Assembly (NCBI GenBank): GCA_002269645.1
Contig: NIVC01001329.1
Span: forward strand, 62,001-126,000
Direction of reading: 5' to 3'
Length of the DNA: 64,000 nt
From: Macrostomum lignano
Taxonomy: Eukaryota
Shown: piece by piece, positions 47,641-58,528 of the stretch
Numbering within the stretch: the stretch's first letter is position 1
How the letters are laid out: the number at the start of each line of letters is the position of its first letter
The notes under the pieces: generated by a model
Database searches by the model: none
The model's input: only the letters and a program-made list of their open reading frames with translations
Told to the model about the DNA's origin: nothing
Translations under genes and position numbers: made by a program

Positions 47641-50106
47641 ATATAGATAGGCCCTAATAGATTCTATATTAAGAACATGACCCACTCTCTATGTCTTAGT
47701 CTTAATAAACTATGAACTCATTTAGGCCTATAATATTAATAATAAGATCTATGACCATTGACACTACGCAGACTTCATTAATCATTGGCATGGCCAGTTT
47801 ATCTCCTATGTGAGATTCATTTTATGTTATATAGATATGGCTGCAATGTTTTTAAGCTCTAATATTCTTTATTAAAGGCCTAGACATAGTGACCTAGCTA
47901 TATTTAAAAGTAGACCTAAGTTCTAATCACTATTAAAGACATGGCTGCCATTTTTATAAGTATATTGGATTATAGACACAGTCACCATGACCATGTCTCT
48001 AAATATGGCATTTAAAAAAATTATACCCTTTAAAAAATAAAAGCAATGAAGCATAGGTATTCTTATTATGTTTTTAGGCTATAAAAAACAATCACAGTGC
48101 TTAAGATACAAGATGCATAATTAAAATGTAAAAAAAGCATACAAAAACTTAAAAAGTTTTAACTTTTGACTTTTTAATAACTTTTATTAGGCCTACTTGT
48201 GTTGTAACTTGATCAATTTTCAAAAATAAGGTATCTTTTTACTTGTTTCAGGCAAAAAATATTTAAAATTAGATTCATCAAGATTTAAATAAAATAAAAA
48301 ACAGTAAAATAACTTTCAAAATCTCACTACACAAGAGTCTCCCTACAAGCCTAGCACTGGTCTAGTGCAAGTTTTTGTTATTTTCATAAATATTTTTGTA
48401 GACATAACACCAACATTTGAACATGCTGATGTTTGCTCAGTGAGCATTATGATTTTAGGCACAGTAGTCCTTGCACAATACACGTACGACTATGATACAA
48501 GGACTACTCAACTAGAGTACTAGATTGTACGCATCGATGGTGTCAATGCGAAAATCACCAATCAATGGCCAATGGGAGGATCCTATTTTTTGTTTGCTGT
48601 GAGTCCGTTCTGTAAAGCATTTACGTATTTTATTAAGATACTGGACTCTATATCAATGGATTGTTGAATGATAGGCCCTACTTTATTTGTTTTCTCGTTG
48701 CTAATCTTACTCTAACAGTTTTTCGTTCTTTACATTATAGTTCGTTATACCTTAAAGTAAATATTGGCACAATATCAAAGTTTAACGTTCATAGAAAATT
48801 TTGATTTTTTACAACGTTCTGTACCACCGCGCCACCAAAGACGTAAGACGTTGATTAGTTAGTTAGTTAATATTGATATATGTATGTATCAGTATCAGTC
48901 TGTAGATATTATTTTTAATGTATCTGAAATATATGCGTTATTCCCCCAGAAAAGCTCCTGTAAGATTTCTGGCACTAGTGCCTTTTTTCAAGACTCATTT
49001 TAGGTGCACCAGGCATAAACACCATAATCCTAGATTCACCCTATATTTTAGAAACATTCTGTATCCTACTATTATAACCCTCCTTATTATTAAAATGCTT
49101 TTCTTATATTCCCTAGGTAGGGTACCAAGTTACACCTGACCTTACTAGTATAGATAGGGAACCAGTTACTTTGGAGTTTGGTTACTTATTTTATAGTCTT
49201 TGGTGAGCTGATGTTTTGTCTGCTGCCAGTTCGTCTGCCACTCGGCACTCTTTTGTCTGCAAAAATATGATGCAGTCATTTTGTCGGCTAGAATATTAAT
49301 TTAAATACAACATCAGTATTAATGTGTAGGCCTATATAAAAATATTAAACAGAAACATCTGTATAGTCTTAAAATACCTATAATAGTAAAAATAAAAATA
49401 ATAAACTCATTTTGTTGGTACATGTAAGTACAAGCAAATCTAAAAATAACATTTCCCAAGTGTTGGGCACCAGTCCATTAATAAGCAGTAATCCATTGAT
49501 AAGCATTAAGATTTTTCATTAACATTAATGGACTGACAATGACATTAAGATTTTTTAACTAACAGATTAACAAATTTGCATTAATAATTTTGTGAGTTAA
49601 TGACAAATTTATTGTTAATGTTAATGGCAATATCAATGACCAAAGATGCAAAGAAAGAAAGAACAAAAATATAAGTCTAATAAGAAAAGCTTATTTAAAT
49701 TTAAATTAAAATTTATTTTAGCATTTGAATTTATTTAAATTTATCTAAATGCCTAATTAATCTCTTTGTTTATAACAATGATCATGCAAATATTTAAATT
49801 ATTATTTTTTACTTTTTTATTTGTAAATTGCTTAGATAATGACCTCTGTAGGTCTATATATTTCACTAAAAAATAGAAAAGCAGACAATGAATTATGAAG
49901 TCTATTTTGAAAAAAAAGTGCAAGATTTTTTATATTTTATATGTTAACTTTAATGGATTAATGCTTATTAATGATTATCAGTTAACTTAACAAAAATAAA
50001 AGTTAAAAAATTATTATTTTTGTTTTAATGCTATTTGGTTGGAGAGAAAGTTCCTGCGGTTTCTAGAACTTTCTATCAAACTGAGTTTTTTAAAACTAAA
50101 AGCCAA

Positions 50107-51305
50107 TTAAGAAACAAAATAATCACCATCACAATCAATCACCTCATGCTTAGGCGCAACCTAGGGATTCACCCGGCCATTTCTATTGGCAACACACACA
50201 TGTAAGTCGCTATTGGACAGAATAGTAGTCACTTGATAGCTCTCAGCCAATAGCAACTTACATGTGTGTGTTGCCAATAGAAACAGCCGAGTGATTCCCA
50301 AGGTTGCGCATGTATGGATCACCTTTTGCCATTTTTCAGGCAAACTCATAATACCTTCACTGTAAAATTTCTCTGGCTTTGAAGTGAAAAAGTTGTTCAG
50401 CCAGTTATTGAGCTCTTTATCATCAGCAAAGGTTTTGTTGTTCAAGGCATTGGCCAGAGACAAAAACAGGTGATAGTCACTTGGTGCCAAGTCTGATGAA
50501 TACAGTGGATAGGGCACCAATTCCCAGCCAAGGTCCAGTAGCTTTTGGTGAGTCACCCTAGCAGTGTGTGGATGAGCGTTATCATGGAGGAATCGTACCG
50601 GGCCATGGTTTAGACGCTTCTGTGCGATGGCGGCAGCCAATCAATACAGCTGTTGGCAGTATAGGTCGGCCATAATTGATGTGTTGGGTGGCAGCAGTTC
50701 ATAGTAGATGACGCCCTTGCAGTCCCACCACATGCACAGCATGACCTTGCGTGGGTGGAGTCCGGCCTTTGGCTGCAGCTCAGGCATTGCGTCAGCATCA
50801 ACCCATAATTGTCAACGTTTGATGTTGACATACAGGCACGACTTTTCATCGCCCATAACGATGGACTTTAGCCAGTTGTGTGTGCGCCTGTAGGAGAGGA
50901 GAAAAGTGGCCACCTCTGCCCTGCACTGCTTGTCCCAATCTGACAATTGGTGGGGTACCCATTGTGCCAGCTTGTACACCTTGCCCAGCTGATGCAAATG
51001 ACTGGTGACCATTTTATGGTCTACATCAAGGACTTGCGCTAACTCACGCGTGGTTTGCCAAGGGTCAGCCTCTACAAGTGTGCGCAGCCGGTCATCATCA
51101 ACCTCGGAGGGATGACCTAACCAGGGCAATCTTTGAGGTTAAAATTTCCCTGGCGAAACTGCTCAAACCAGTCCTGAGTAGTGCGTTCAGAGACCATACC
51201 CACACCAAATGCAGCATTGATACAGTGGCTGGATTCTGCCGCTGACAGTCCAGATTTGAAGTCATAGAGCAGGAGACCACGAATATAGCCCCAAGAGAGA
51301 TCCAT
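50107..51305 (-). pseudogene. Mariner transposase pseudogene (frameshifts plus MITE insertion)
   Basis: MDLSWGYIRGLLLYDF...SERTTQDWFEQFRQG (HTH), TTRELA, WVPHQL, IVMGDEK, FLHDNAHPH, PYPLYSSDLAPSDYHLF; true C-terminus KWQKV-IDCDGDYFVS* is split by the insertion at 50145-50316. Confidence 0.92.
50145..50316. mobile_element. 172-bp foldback hAT-type MITE with 8-bp TSD, nested in the mariner transposase
   Basis: Flanked by AATCACCT (50137-50144) and GATCACCT (50317-50324); arms of ~65 bp are near-perfect inverted repeats; one end reads CATACATGCGCAACC. Confidence 0.85.
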
Positions 51306-52379
51306 AATGCTGGTGACTAGTGAGTAATCTCTTTGGTTGAAATAGCATGTTAGAATCACACACAACCACCCTCAATATATCCTCAGTATATACCCACACA
51401 GCCGGGCTCTGGAATATTCCAGAAAGTTCTTAGACAGAAAGTTCTAGAAACCGCGGGAACTTTCTCCCCAACCAAATAAAACTTTTACCATTAATGCAAG
51501 TTAAGATTTTTTAATGGTGCCTAACATTGCATTTCCAAACAATCCAAGCTAACCAAGCATTGAGTAGGCCCTAGTCAACTTGGGTCTAAGAGATTTTTTG
51601 CATGAAGTTTTTTTGCCAAGGTTTGCCCATGTAAGCTTTTCTTATCAAGATTTTCCTGCAGGGTTTTTCTAGTTGGAATTTTGAATCAAATCCAATTGGA
51701 TTTAAAATCTAGTCTAGTCTAATCTAAGATAGTTTTGACTTGAAATTTGAGCTTTTGAGCTTTGACCTATATAAGCTTTTCTTGTCAAGATTTTCCAAAA
51801 TATGAAATGCAGTCATTTTGTCTGCCAGAATATTAATTTCAATATCAGTAAATAACATCAGTATTAATGGATATATAATAAAACTAAAAGGAAACATCTA
51901 TATATCTTAAAAGTTTTTAAATACTTAAAAGTTTTCTTGCCAAGGTTGGAAGTCAAATTGAAGTTGAATCCAATTGGATTTAAAATGTAGTCTAGTTTAA
52001 TCTAATATAGTTTTTTATCTAGTCTAGTTTTTGTCTAGTCTAGCCTAGCCTAGTCTAGGATTGTTTGTCTATAGAATTTGACTTGTAACAAAGCTTGTAA
52101 AAAGAATTTCACTTGAAATTTTGATTAGGAAAAATTATTAGACTTTGTCTAATAGTCACTTTAGTTTCTAGCTTTAGTGATAAGCACTTAAGTTTTTTTT
52201 AAGGTAGGGCTAATTTATTAATAATGCTTTAATCATTAGTTTATCATTCTTTTTGAAAAAACTATTTACTTTGTAATTTGTGACGTTGAATGTTGTTTTG
52301 ATTGTTTTTATTAATTGTTATTTGTTATTGTGACAGGTGTTTTACCTCCTACTTTATTAATTTTAATCCCACCACTGAT

Positions 52380-52760
52380 ACTAAGTTGTGACAGGCCTTT
52401 TGGCTCTCTATGAAAATTCTACCGTTATGCCACCAAAGTTGTAACAGGCTTTTTCTTCTGTCCTCCAACTAACTTTACTAACTGCCACCAAGTTGTTACA
52501 GGGGTTATTCCTGTTTGCCAACTACAGTTATATTGATTATACTTGTTTTTACTCCTTAACTATTTCTTAGAATTGCATTTAAATATTTCTGGGTAGCATT
52601 CTTAGTAGCGTTTCTGGTAGCATTCTGGTAGCTTATGGCTAGCTTTCTGGTAACGTTCTGGTAGCTTATGGCCTGAGCGGTCTAGTACTGGTATATGTAT
52701 TAGTGAATAGTCCTAATCGGGCATTACCGAGACTAGAGGGTCACGGCGCCTCTTGTAATA
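52380..52760 (-). repeat. Dispersed ~380-bp repeat, inverted partner of 47270-47640
   Basis: Its reverse complement contains the same blocks in the same order; the central short-repeat part differs. Confidence 0.75.
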
Positions 52761-54334
52761 CTTCTACAAATTATTCCCCTATTCCCTTTCTTAGCAAATC
52801 TCTTGGAATCGTTTCTCAGACTTTGCAAATGAATAAGTCGCTATTCAACTCAAAAGACTTTGAAAGGTTTAAATTGAACTGCTTATTTTGTTCGCAATAT
52901 TGCTCACAGGTAAAAGACAGTTGGAGTATATTTGCCGCAAAACCGCTCCTATATATACCCCTGAATTCCTGATACATTTATAACAAAAAATATTTCCCCA
53001 ATTTATTTCGTGCATTAAAACAAACATTATTTAGCGTTTTGCATAGATTCAGTTTCTAAGGAATGTTACAATATTATTTGAATATATAGCTATTACATTG
53101 AAAGAACATTCGAGTATACTATTATAAAGGGATAGCACTAGTACATTATTCAATATTAATTATTACTTTCTAAGCTAGAATCATAAACTAAGAAATGTTA
53201 AATATTTCAAACTGACTATTGTCACTACAAGCAAAATGATAGAAAAGTTTGAAAAATATCCTCATTATGTATATTATATTGCATTTCAAAAGATTTACCT
53301 TTTAGCTTCTTTTTAGTAAGAGCCTTAAGTCCTCAACCCTATTTCTTGAAGATAGGGGGCAGATTAACTTCATTAGATGGACTGTTATAAAAAGTATAAA
53401 ACATTAAATTGATCTACTTAAATAGAGCCTTGCATTGGCCTTTTCATTGTTAATTCATTAGAGGACCAACATTAACCAGGCACCCTATGTTAATAGCCCT
53501 TGATAGCTACTTCCTAGAAGCTTGCTTTTTAGCTACATTATCTAGTATAAGTTTAAAAGCTTTATATAGCTCTTGTATAGTTTTTTTCAGTAAGCTTAGT
53601 ACTTGTATTACATTATATCATTTTCTATCTATAGGAAAGTATAGTGTTACAGCTTAGAAATTATAATTTTAGCTATCTGTGATAACAAATGTTAAGAGAC
53701 ATTGATTAACTAATAAGTTAGGTTGACCCCATTGATGATAACCAAATTTGAAATAGGCCTGTCAAGAAAATAGCAAACAACTACATTTCTAGACTGGCCT
53801 GCAGGTAGCCACTACTTTACCACTCAGTTGATCAGTGAAAAGGCTAGAAGCCCTGAACTCTATATTTATAGCAGTATTGTTATGTTTAGCAAGGAGTGGG
53901 TTAAAGGCTCAACTGAGAGGGTTGGCTGACAAAGTAAGGGAGGGTCGAGTACGCGACGCGACAGGTGAGAGAATGAGAGGCTTAGAGAATAGTGAAAGAC
54001 TGACCAATCAGAAGAAAGAAAAGGTGAAAGATCAATAGAGAAAGATAGTTTTAGGACCATGAATTCTTTATCTGGCCCTTGATTTAAAAAATCTTGCCAA
54101 CCCCTGGTTTAGCTAGAGTAGAGTCGAGGTCCATGTAAACTAAAAAATCGAGGTTTAAAATCAACGAAACCTAAGATTGTCGATCACTTTCACAAGCTGG
54201 AAAATTTGCAATTAGATAATTGTTTAGATTCGTACTCATATTAAGTGTATCAGTTCCAGTAGGTTTGTTATCAATTAGTTTTATCCGCAACAAACTTAAA
54301 ATAAATGTGTATTGCATGCGCTACAGAATTCACC

Positions 54335-54586
54335 ATGAAGGAGTCAGAGCCTGGCAATATATTCGCTCGTCTCTACTTCAAGTACTTAGTTGAAACCTCT
54401 ATCTACATGCTGGAACCGTACGAGCGAATTGCATTGAATTGTCTTGTAGTTGTACTGCTACTGATGTCCGCCTATACTAGCTGGCTGTTTCTGCCGCATC
54501 ACACAGTCAGCCAACACTTAATTGGCACTGTGAGCAGCCTGATTGGCTGGCCAAGTCTGCCTGCAGCTGGTGACTTGGCTTCTTAG
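54335..54586 (+). CDS. SPTSSA: Serine palmitoyltransferase small subunit (SPTSSA/B family), ~83 aa, single coding exon
   Basis: LYFKYLVETSIYMLEPYERIALN...SAYTSWLFLPHH matches the family pattern YYQYLLVTALYMLEPWER...YTGYVFMPQH. ATG 54335 (caccATG, after acceptor-like ctacag) preferred over 54305. A versus B cannot be resolved. Confidence 0.88.
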   Translation: MKESEPGNIFARLYFKYLVETSIYMLEPYERIALNCLVVVLLLMSAYTSWLFLPHHTVSQHLIGTVSSLIGWPSLPAAGDLAS

Positions 54587-55254
54587 CATTTTAATGTTCT
54601 TACATTTCTACTAAAAGTAGTATAGAGAGTAACTGAAAACACGCTAAAATTTCTAAAGCTTCAATTTATTATAAATCAAAGTTATTGGTTAAAGATGGTC
54701 AGCATTCCGCTATCAATTTTATAGTGCTTATGATACTTTTTGTGTTTAATTAGTTTTCGAAATCTCACAATAATTTTTTTGTAAAATTTACTTTTCTGTG
54801 CAAATAAATGTAATTGGTTTCAATGGCTGCTGTTTGTCTTAACTATGTACTGTGTTTTTTAATATTTACCATTTACTCCATATCATTGTGTCAGTAATAG
54901 GTGCGAAAGATCAGTGAGTAAAAACGGTCCCCGTTTTGCATCTCCTCTGGAATCTTACCTGATTCCATATCAGATTTGAGTCATCATGAAACGCCCGGGC
55001 GCATAAGAATTATCAAGACAAAGACAAACCTGGGCGACAACTGAGGAGGCACGAGTGTTTAATACTCAGTATACTACTTTACTACAATACAATACAGTTA
55101 GTATTTTCAGTGCAGATATTCAGTTGTTTGTCTGCGCGGTGTCACTTAAATTTAAAATGGCAGCTAAAATTTCCTTTCTTTTCTCATGTTTTTCGGCCTC
55201 AGGAGCATATGGGTTAAGAATGAGCAACACGCATTTAACTCGATGTACACAAGT

Positions 55255-55590
55255 GAACGCAGGACGGACGAAACCCAGCCCTAAGGGGCAGGCCCAATCT
55301 AGCTCAGCCAATGAGAGAGCAGTAGGGAGAGAGGTTAAAGTCAAACGGACGAAACAGCCTAGGGGGCTGTCCCAATCTAGCTCAGCCAATCAGAGAGCAG
55401 TAAGGAGAGGTTAAGAGAGGTCCGTTTCGGAGTCAAACGAAATAAACAGCCTAGGGGGCTGTCCCAATCTACTCGTAGCTCAGCCAATGGGAGCAGTTTG
55501 GAGAGGCTAAAGTCAGACGGACGAAACTCAGCCTAGGGGGCAGGCCCAATCTATGAATAGTTCACCTAATGAGAGCAGTAAGGAGAGAGG
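55255..55590. repeat. ~85-bp tandem repeat (4 copies) with CCAAT motifs, between SPTSS and the orphan ORF
   Basis: GGACGAAAC.CAGCCTAGGGGGC...CCCAATCTAGCTCAGCCAAT.AGAGAGCAGT. Confidence 0.85.
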
Positions 55591-56000
55591 TCGAAGTCTA
55601 ACTGTTTATCAACCTGGCTGGGGCGGGACCCCAACCCATTTTTCTCTTACTAAGCACACGCACTGGAATTGGCATTTTTAGGCTTTCCTGAAATCTTCAG
55701 TCTTAATTTTTTTCTTAGGAGTGCAATATTTTTTTAACCCGAGAAAGTCTCGAGTCGGTAAAAGAAGATGAAAATGCTAATTTAATAGGTCTGCTTGCAT
55801 TTGTATTAAATCAGAGGTGATTATTTCATCTGAAACCAAAGCACTTAAAATACTTTGTAAAATTGAGTAATATTTTAACTTAACTATTATAAGCGCAAAA
55901 TCGCTACTTTTGCTACTTAAAAAACTCCGCATCAAACGGCAAACCGCCGCAGCTGTTTCATTCATCCGACCTCAATTTTAATGCCAGCCCTATCCGCCCC

Positions 56001-57197
56001 ATGACGCAGCACTGGACGGCGATTCCATTCCTAAAAAATATTGACGAGTCCAAGCGAACTCTGCCAAGCAAGGCCGACATAATTCGCTGCGTGCCCGCGC
56101 ATCTTCGCCACTGTCGGCTGCTGTTTGCTGACGGCTTCGTCTCGCCGTCGTCTGCCGCCAACTCGGTTGTCGACCAGCCGACGCCTCGGGTTGGCTGTCG
56201 CGGTCGCGGCGTTCGCAAGCGATGTCCAGTTAATGGCGCTGCAAAGCCCCAGCCGCCTCAGCCGCTGTCGCCTCAATCTTCATCGACGGCATCGTCGTTG
56301 ACTTCGACTAGCCAATCGTACGGTCGTAGCCGAGGTCGCGGACTCAGGCAGTTAAAAATTTCCACCCCGCTCCTGTCGGAGTCGGCATCTGACGAGGATG
56401 TAGGCGGGTGCGATCGGCTCGGCCAATTCGAAGAGTGCTATGGTCCTAAAACCAATGGCTCTGCAAACTCCTGCGCTATCCTTGCTGATGCTGCGGACTC
56501 TCCATCGCTGGCTGCCAGTTTATCTGTCCCGAGTGCTGATACTGTCGCAGGTGCCATTGGTGTCTCAGGCTCAGGTACCGATAATGTCACAGGTGCCATT
56601 GGTGTCTCAGGCTCAGGTAACGAGGATGTCACAGGTGCCATTGGTGCCTCAGGCTCAGGTACCGAGGATGTCGCAGGTGCCATTGGTGTCTCAGGCTCAG
56701 GTACCGATGATGTCGCAGGTGCCGTTGGTGTCTCAGGCTCAGGTACCGATGATGTCGCAGGTGCCGTTGGTGTCTCAGGTGCTGATGATGTCGCGTGTGC
56801 TGATGCCATTCCCAGGCTAGATTCTTCAGAACTCTCCACCGAAGACTCAATCTCCGGCGCCGAAGATCTCGGCCAGCTTCGCATCTCCGGTCTCTGTTCG
56901 GACGCTATTCACGCATTTAAACGCGATTTTATGCTAGACAGGCAGCAAAAACTGCGTCGCAGACGTGGAGGCGCAGACCGCTGCAGTGAGGAGGTGGATC
57001 CTGACGGTCTGTACGCCATCCTGCGAGCATTCTCTTCTATTGGTATTGTTAGCGTTGTTGTCCGGAGCGAAGACGGTGCTGGCGTTGACTCGCTGCTAGT
57101 TGAACTGGCGCAGAGCAGCCTGGCTAGCTATTGCATCAACGGCCTGAGTCTGCCGTGCGACTGCCTTGTAACCTGCAGTCTAGTGTCCGAGCAGTGA
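56001..57197 (+). CDS. Hypothetical 398-aa intronless protein with Ser-rich linker and 11-aa tandem repeats; family not recognised
   Basis: Long uninterrupted ORF with the same GC-rich composition as neighbouring exons, flanked by AT-rich DNA. The internal 33-bp repeat keeps frame. Confidence 0.6.
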   Translation: MTQHWTAIPFLKNIDESKRTLPSKADIIRCVPAHLRHCRLLFADGFVSPSSAANSVVDQPTPRVGCRGRGVRKRCPVNGAAKPQPPQPLSPQSSSTASSLTSTSQSYGRSRGRGLRQLKISTPLLSESASDEDVGGCDRLGQFEECYGPKTNGSANSCAILADAADSPSLAASLSVPSADTVAGAIGVSGSGTDNVTGAIGVSGSGNEDVTGAIGASGSGTEDVAGAIGVSGSGTDDVAGAVGVSGSGTDDVAGAVGVSGADDVACADAIPRLDSSELSTEDSISGAEDLGQLRISGLCSDAIHAFKRDFMLDRQQKLRRRRGGADRCSEEVDPDGLYAILRAFSSIGIVSVVVRSEDGAGVDSLLVELAQSSLASYCINGLSLPCDCLVTCSLVSEQ

Positions 57198-57789
57198 CTG
57201 ATTCTTCTAGGCCAGTTAATTTATTTACGTTTTATATAACTTTATCGAAACTATAGACCCTTGCATGCTTAAAAGTTTTTAAACTTTGAATAATAAAATT
57301 GTTGCATTTATACTCGTAGCTAGTTGCCCAGCTGGATATGCAGAGTTCATTGATCAACTCTTATTTTTTACAATATCATTGGTGCTCCATCAGAGTTCCA
57401 GTTTTTTTCCTTGTGCCCTCGCTCCATTCACTCATCGTGGACTTATGCACGCGACAAAAGAGTGCACCATTGCGCTAAATGTATTTATGGTCTGGTTGTT
57501 AAAAGAGCTAAAATATATATATAGAATTCATAAAGGGCTTGTGTTAACGCGTTGTCATTGTTGCATGCCTGTGTAATAAATTTCTGACTATATCGTCTGT
57601 TATTGAGATTTCATTGTAATTTTTCTTGTAGAAAAATAGTTTTATGGTTTAAAAAGTATGCAGTGTGTTATAATCGACGGATCTATGCGAAAAGTTGTCA
57701 TGCCATTGACTCGACGGGAAGTGTGGTTGATTAGACTATGTAAAACTCGCGGTGTGTCTTTGGAGGATTGGACGATCTATAAGTCGTGT

Positions 57790-58340
57790 GTCTGGGCTAT
57801 TTGAAGTTGCTGCAAGGTGTGTCTGGACGATGTAACGCCGCAAGGTGTGTCTGAACGATGTGATGCCGCAAGGTGTGTCTGAACGATGTGAAGTCGCAAG
57901 GTGTCTGAACGATGTGAAGTCGCAAGGTGTGTCTGAACGATGTGAAGTCGCAAGGTTTGTCTGAACGATGTGAAGTCGCAAGGTGTGTCCGAACGATGTG
58001 AAGTCGCAAGGTGTGTCTGAACGATGTGAAGTCGCAAGGTTTGTCTGAACGATGTGAAGTCGCAAGGTGTCTGAACGATGTGAAATCGAAAGGTGTGTCT
58101 GAACGATGTGAAGTCGCAAGGTGTGTCTGAACGATTTGAAGTCGCAAGGTGTGTCTGAACGATGTGAAGTCGCAAGGTTTGTCTGAACGATGTGAAGTCG
58201 CAAGCTGTGTCTGAACGATTTGAAGTCGCAAGGTGTGTCTAAACGATGTGAAGTCGCAAGGTGTGTCTAAACGATGTGAAGTCGCAAAGTGTGTCTGAAC
58301 GATGTGAAGTCGCAAGCTGTGTCTGGACAATGTGAAGTCG
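57790..58340. repeat. 28/26-bp minisatellite (CTGAACGATGTGAAGTCGCAAGGTGTGT) upstream of GRAMD1
   Basis: Direct reading. Confidence 0.94.
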
Positions 58341-58528
58341 TAACGCGTGTCAAGGTGAACAATACTAGAAAGTTGAACAAATCGAATTGGCGGACGTATT
58401 GCCGGAATATTAGTGATATTACTATACTATATTAAACGTCGGGCTTAAATAGAATTGGCCCGATATTTTTTCAGCAGACGTTTTTGCCTATAGTGATACA
58501 TAGTGTGAACGAAACTCGCTGATCAAGC

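Larger units (their letters stand above)
50034..51476 (-). mobile_element. Full-length degenerate mariner (D,D34D) transposon, ~41-bp TIRs, TA TSD
   Basis: TIRs TTTGGTTGGAGAGAAAGTTCCTGCGGTTTCTAGAACTTTCT (50034-50074) and its inverse (51436-51476), each flanked by TA. The outer part resembles the Hsmar1-type TIR (TTAGGTTGGTGCAAAAGTAATTGCGGTTT). Confidence 0.93.
49458..51529. mobile_element. Putative hAT-type MITE (~630 bp before insertion) hosting the mariner
   Basis: Ends AAGTGTTGGGCAC and GTGCCTAACATTG (10/13 inverted match); flanks CATTTCCC (49450-49457) and CATTTCCA (51530-51537); TTAA/ATTAAT-rich interior continues on both sides of the mariner. Confidence 0.6.

Noticed and set aside
49261-51912. 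~110-bp direct repeats (49261-49372 and 51797-51912) as LTRs of an element
   Set aside because: AT-rich, diverged, no TG...CA ends or PBS; more likely fragments of a dispersed repeat.
53885-54103. Second complete CAGGGGTTGGCAA-family MITE
   Set aside because: The right terminus TTGCCAACCCCTG is present, but the left terminus is not recognisable and the TSD (GTTTAGCA/GTTTAGCT) is only suggestive.
54305-54334. Longer SPTSS N-terminus from ATG 54305
   Set aside because: It lies upstream of an acceptor-like ctacag in poor context; ATG 54335 fits family length better.
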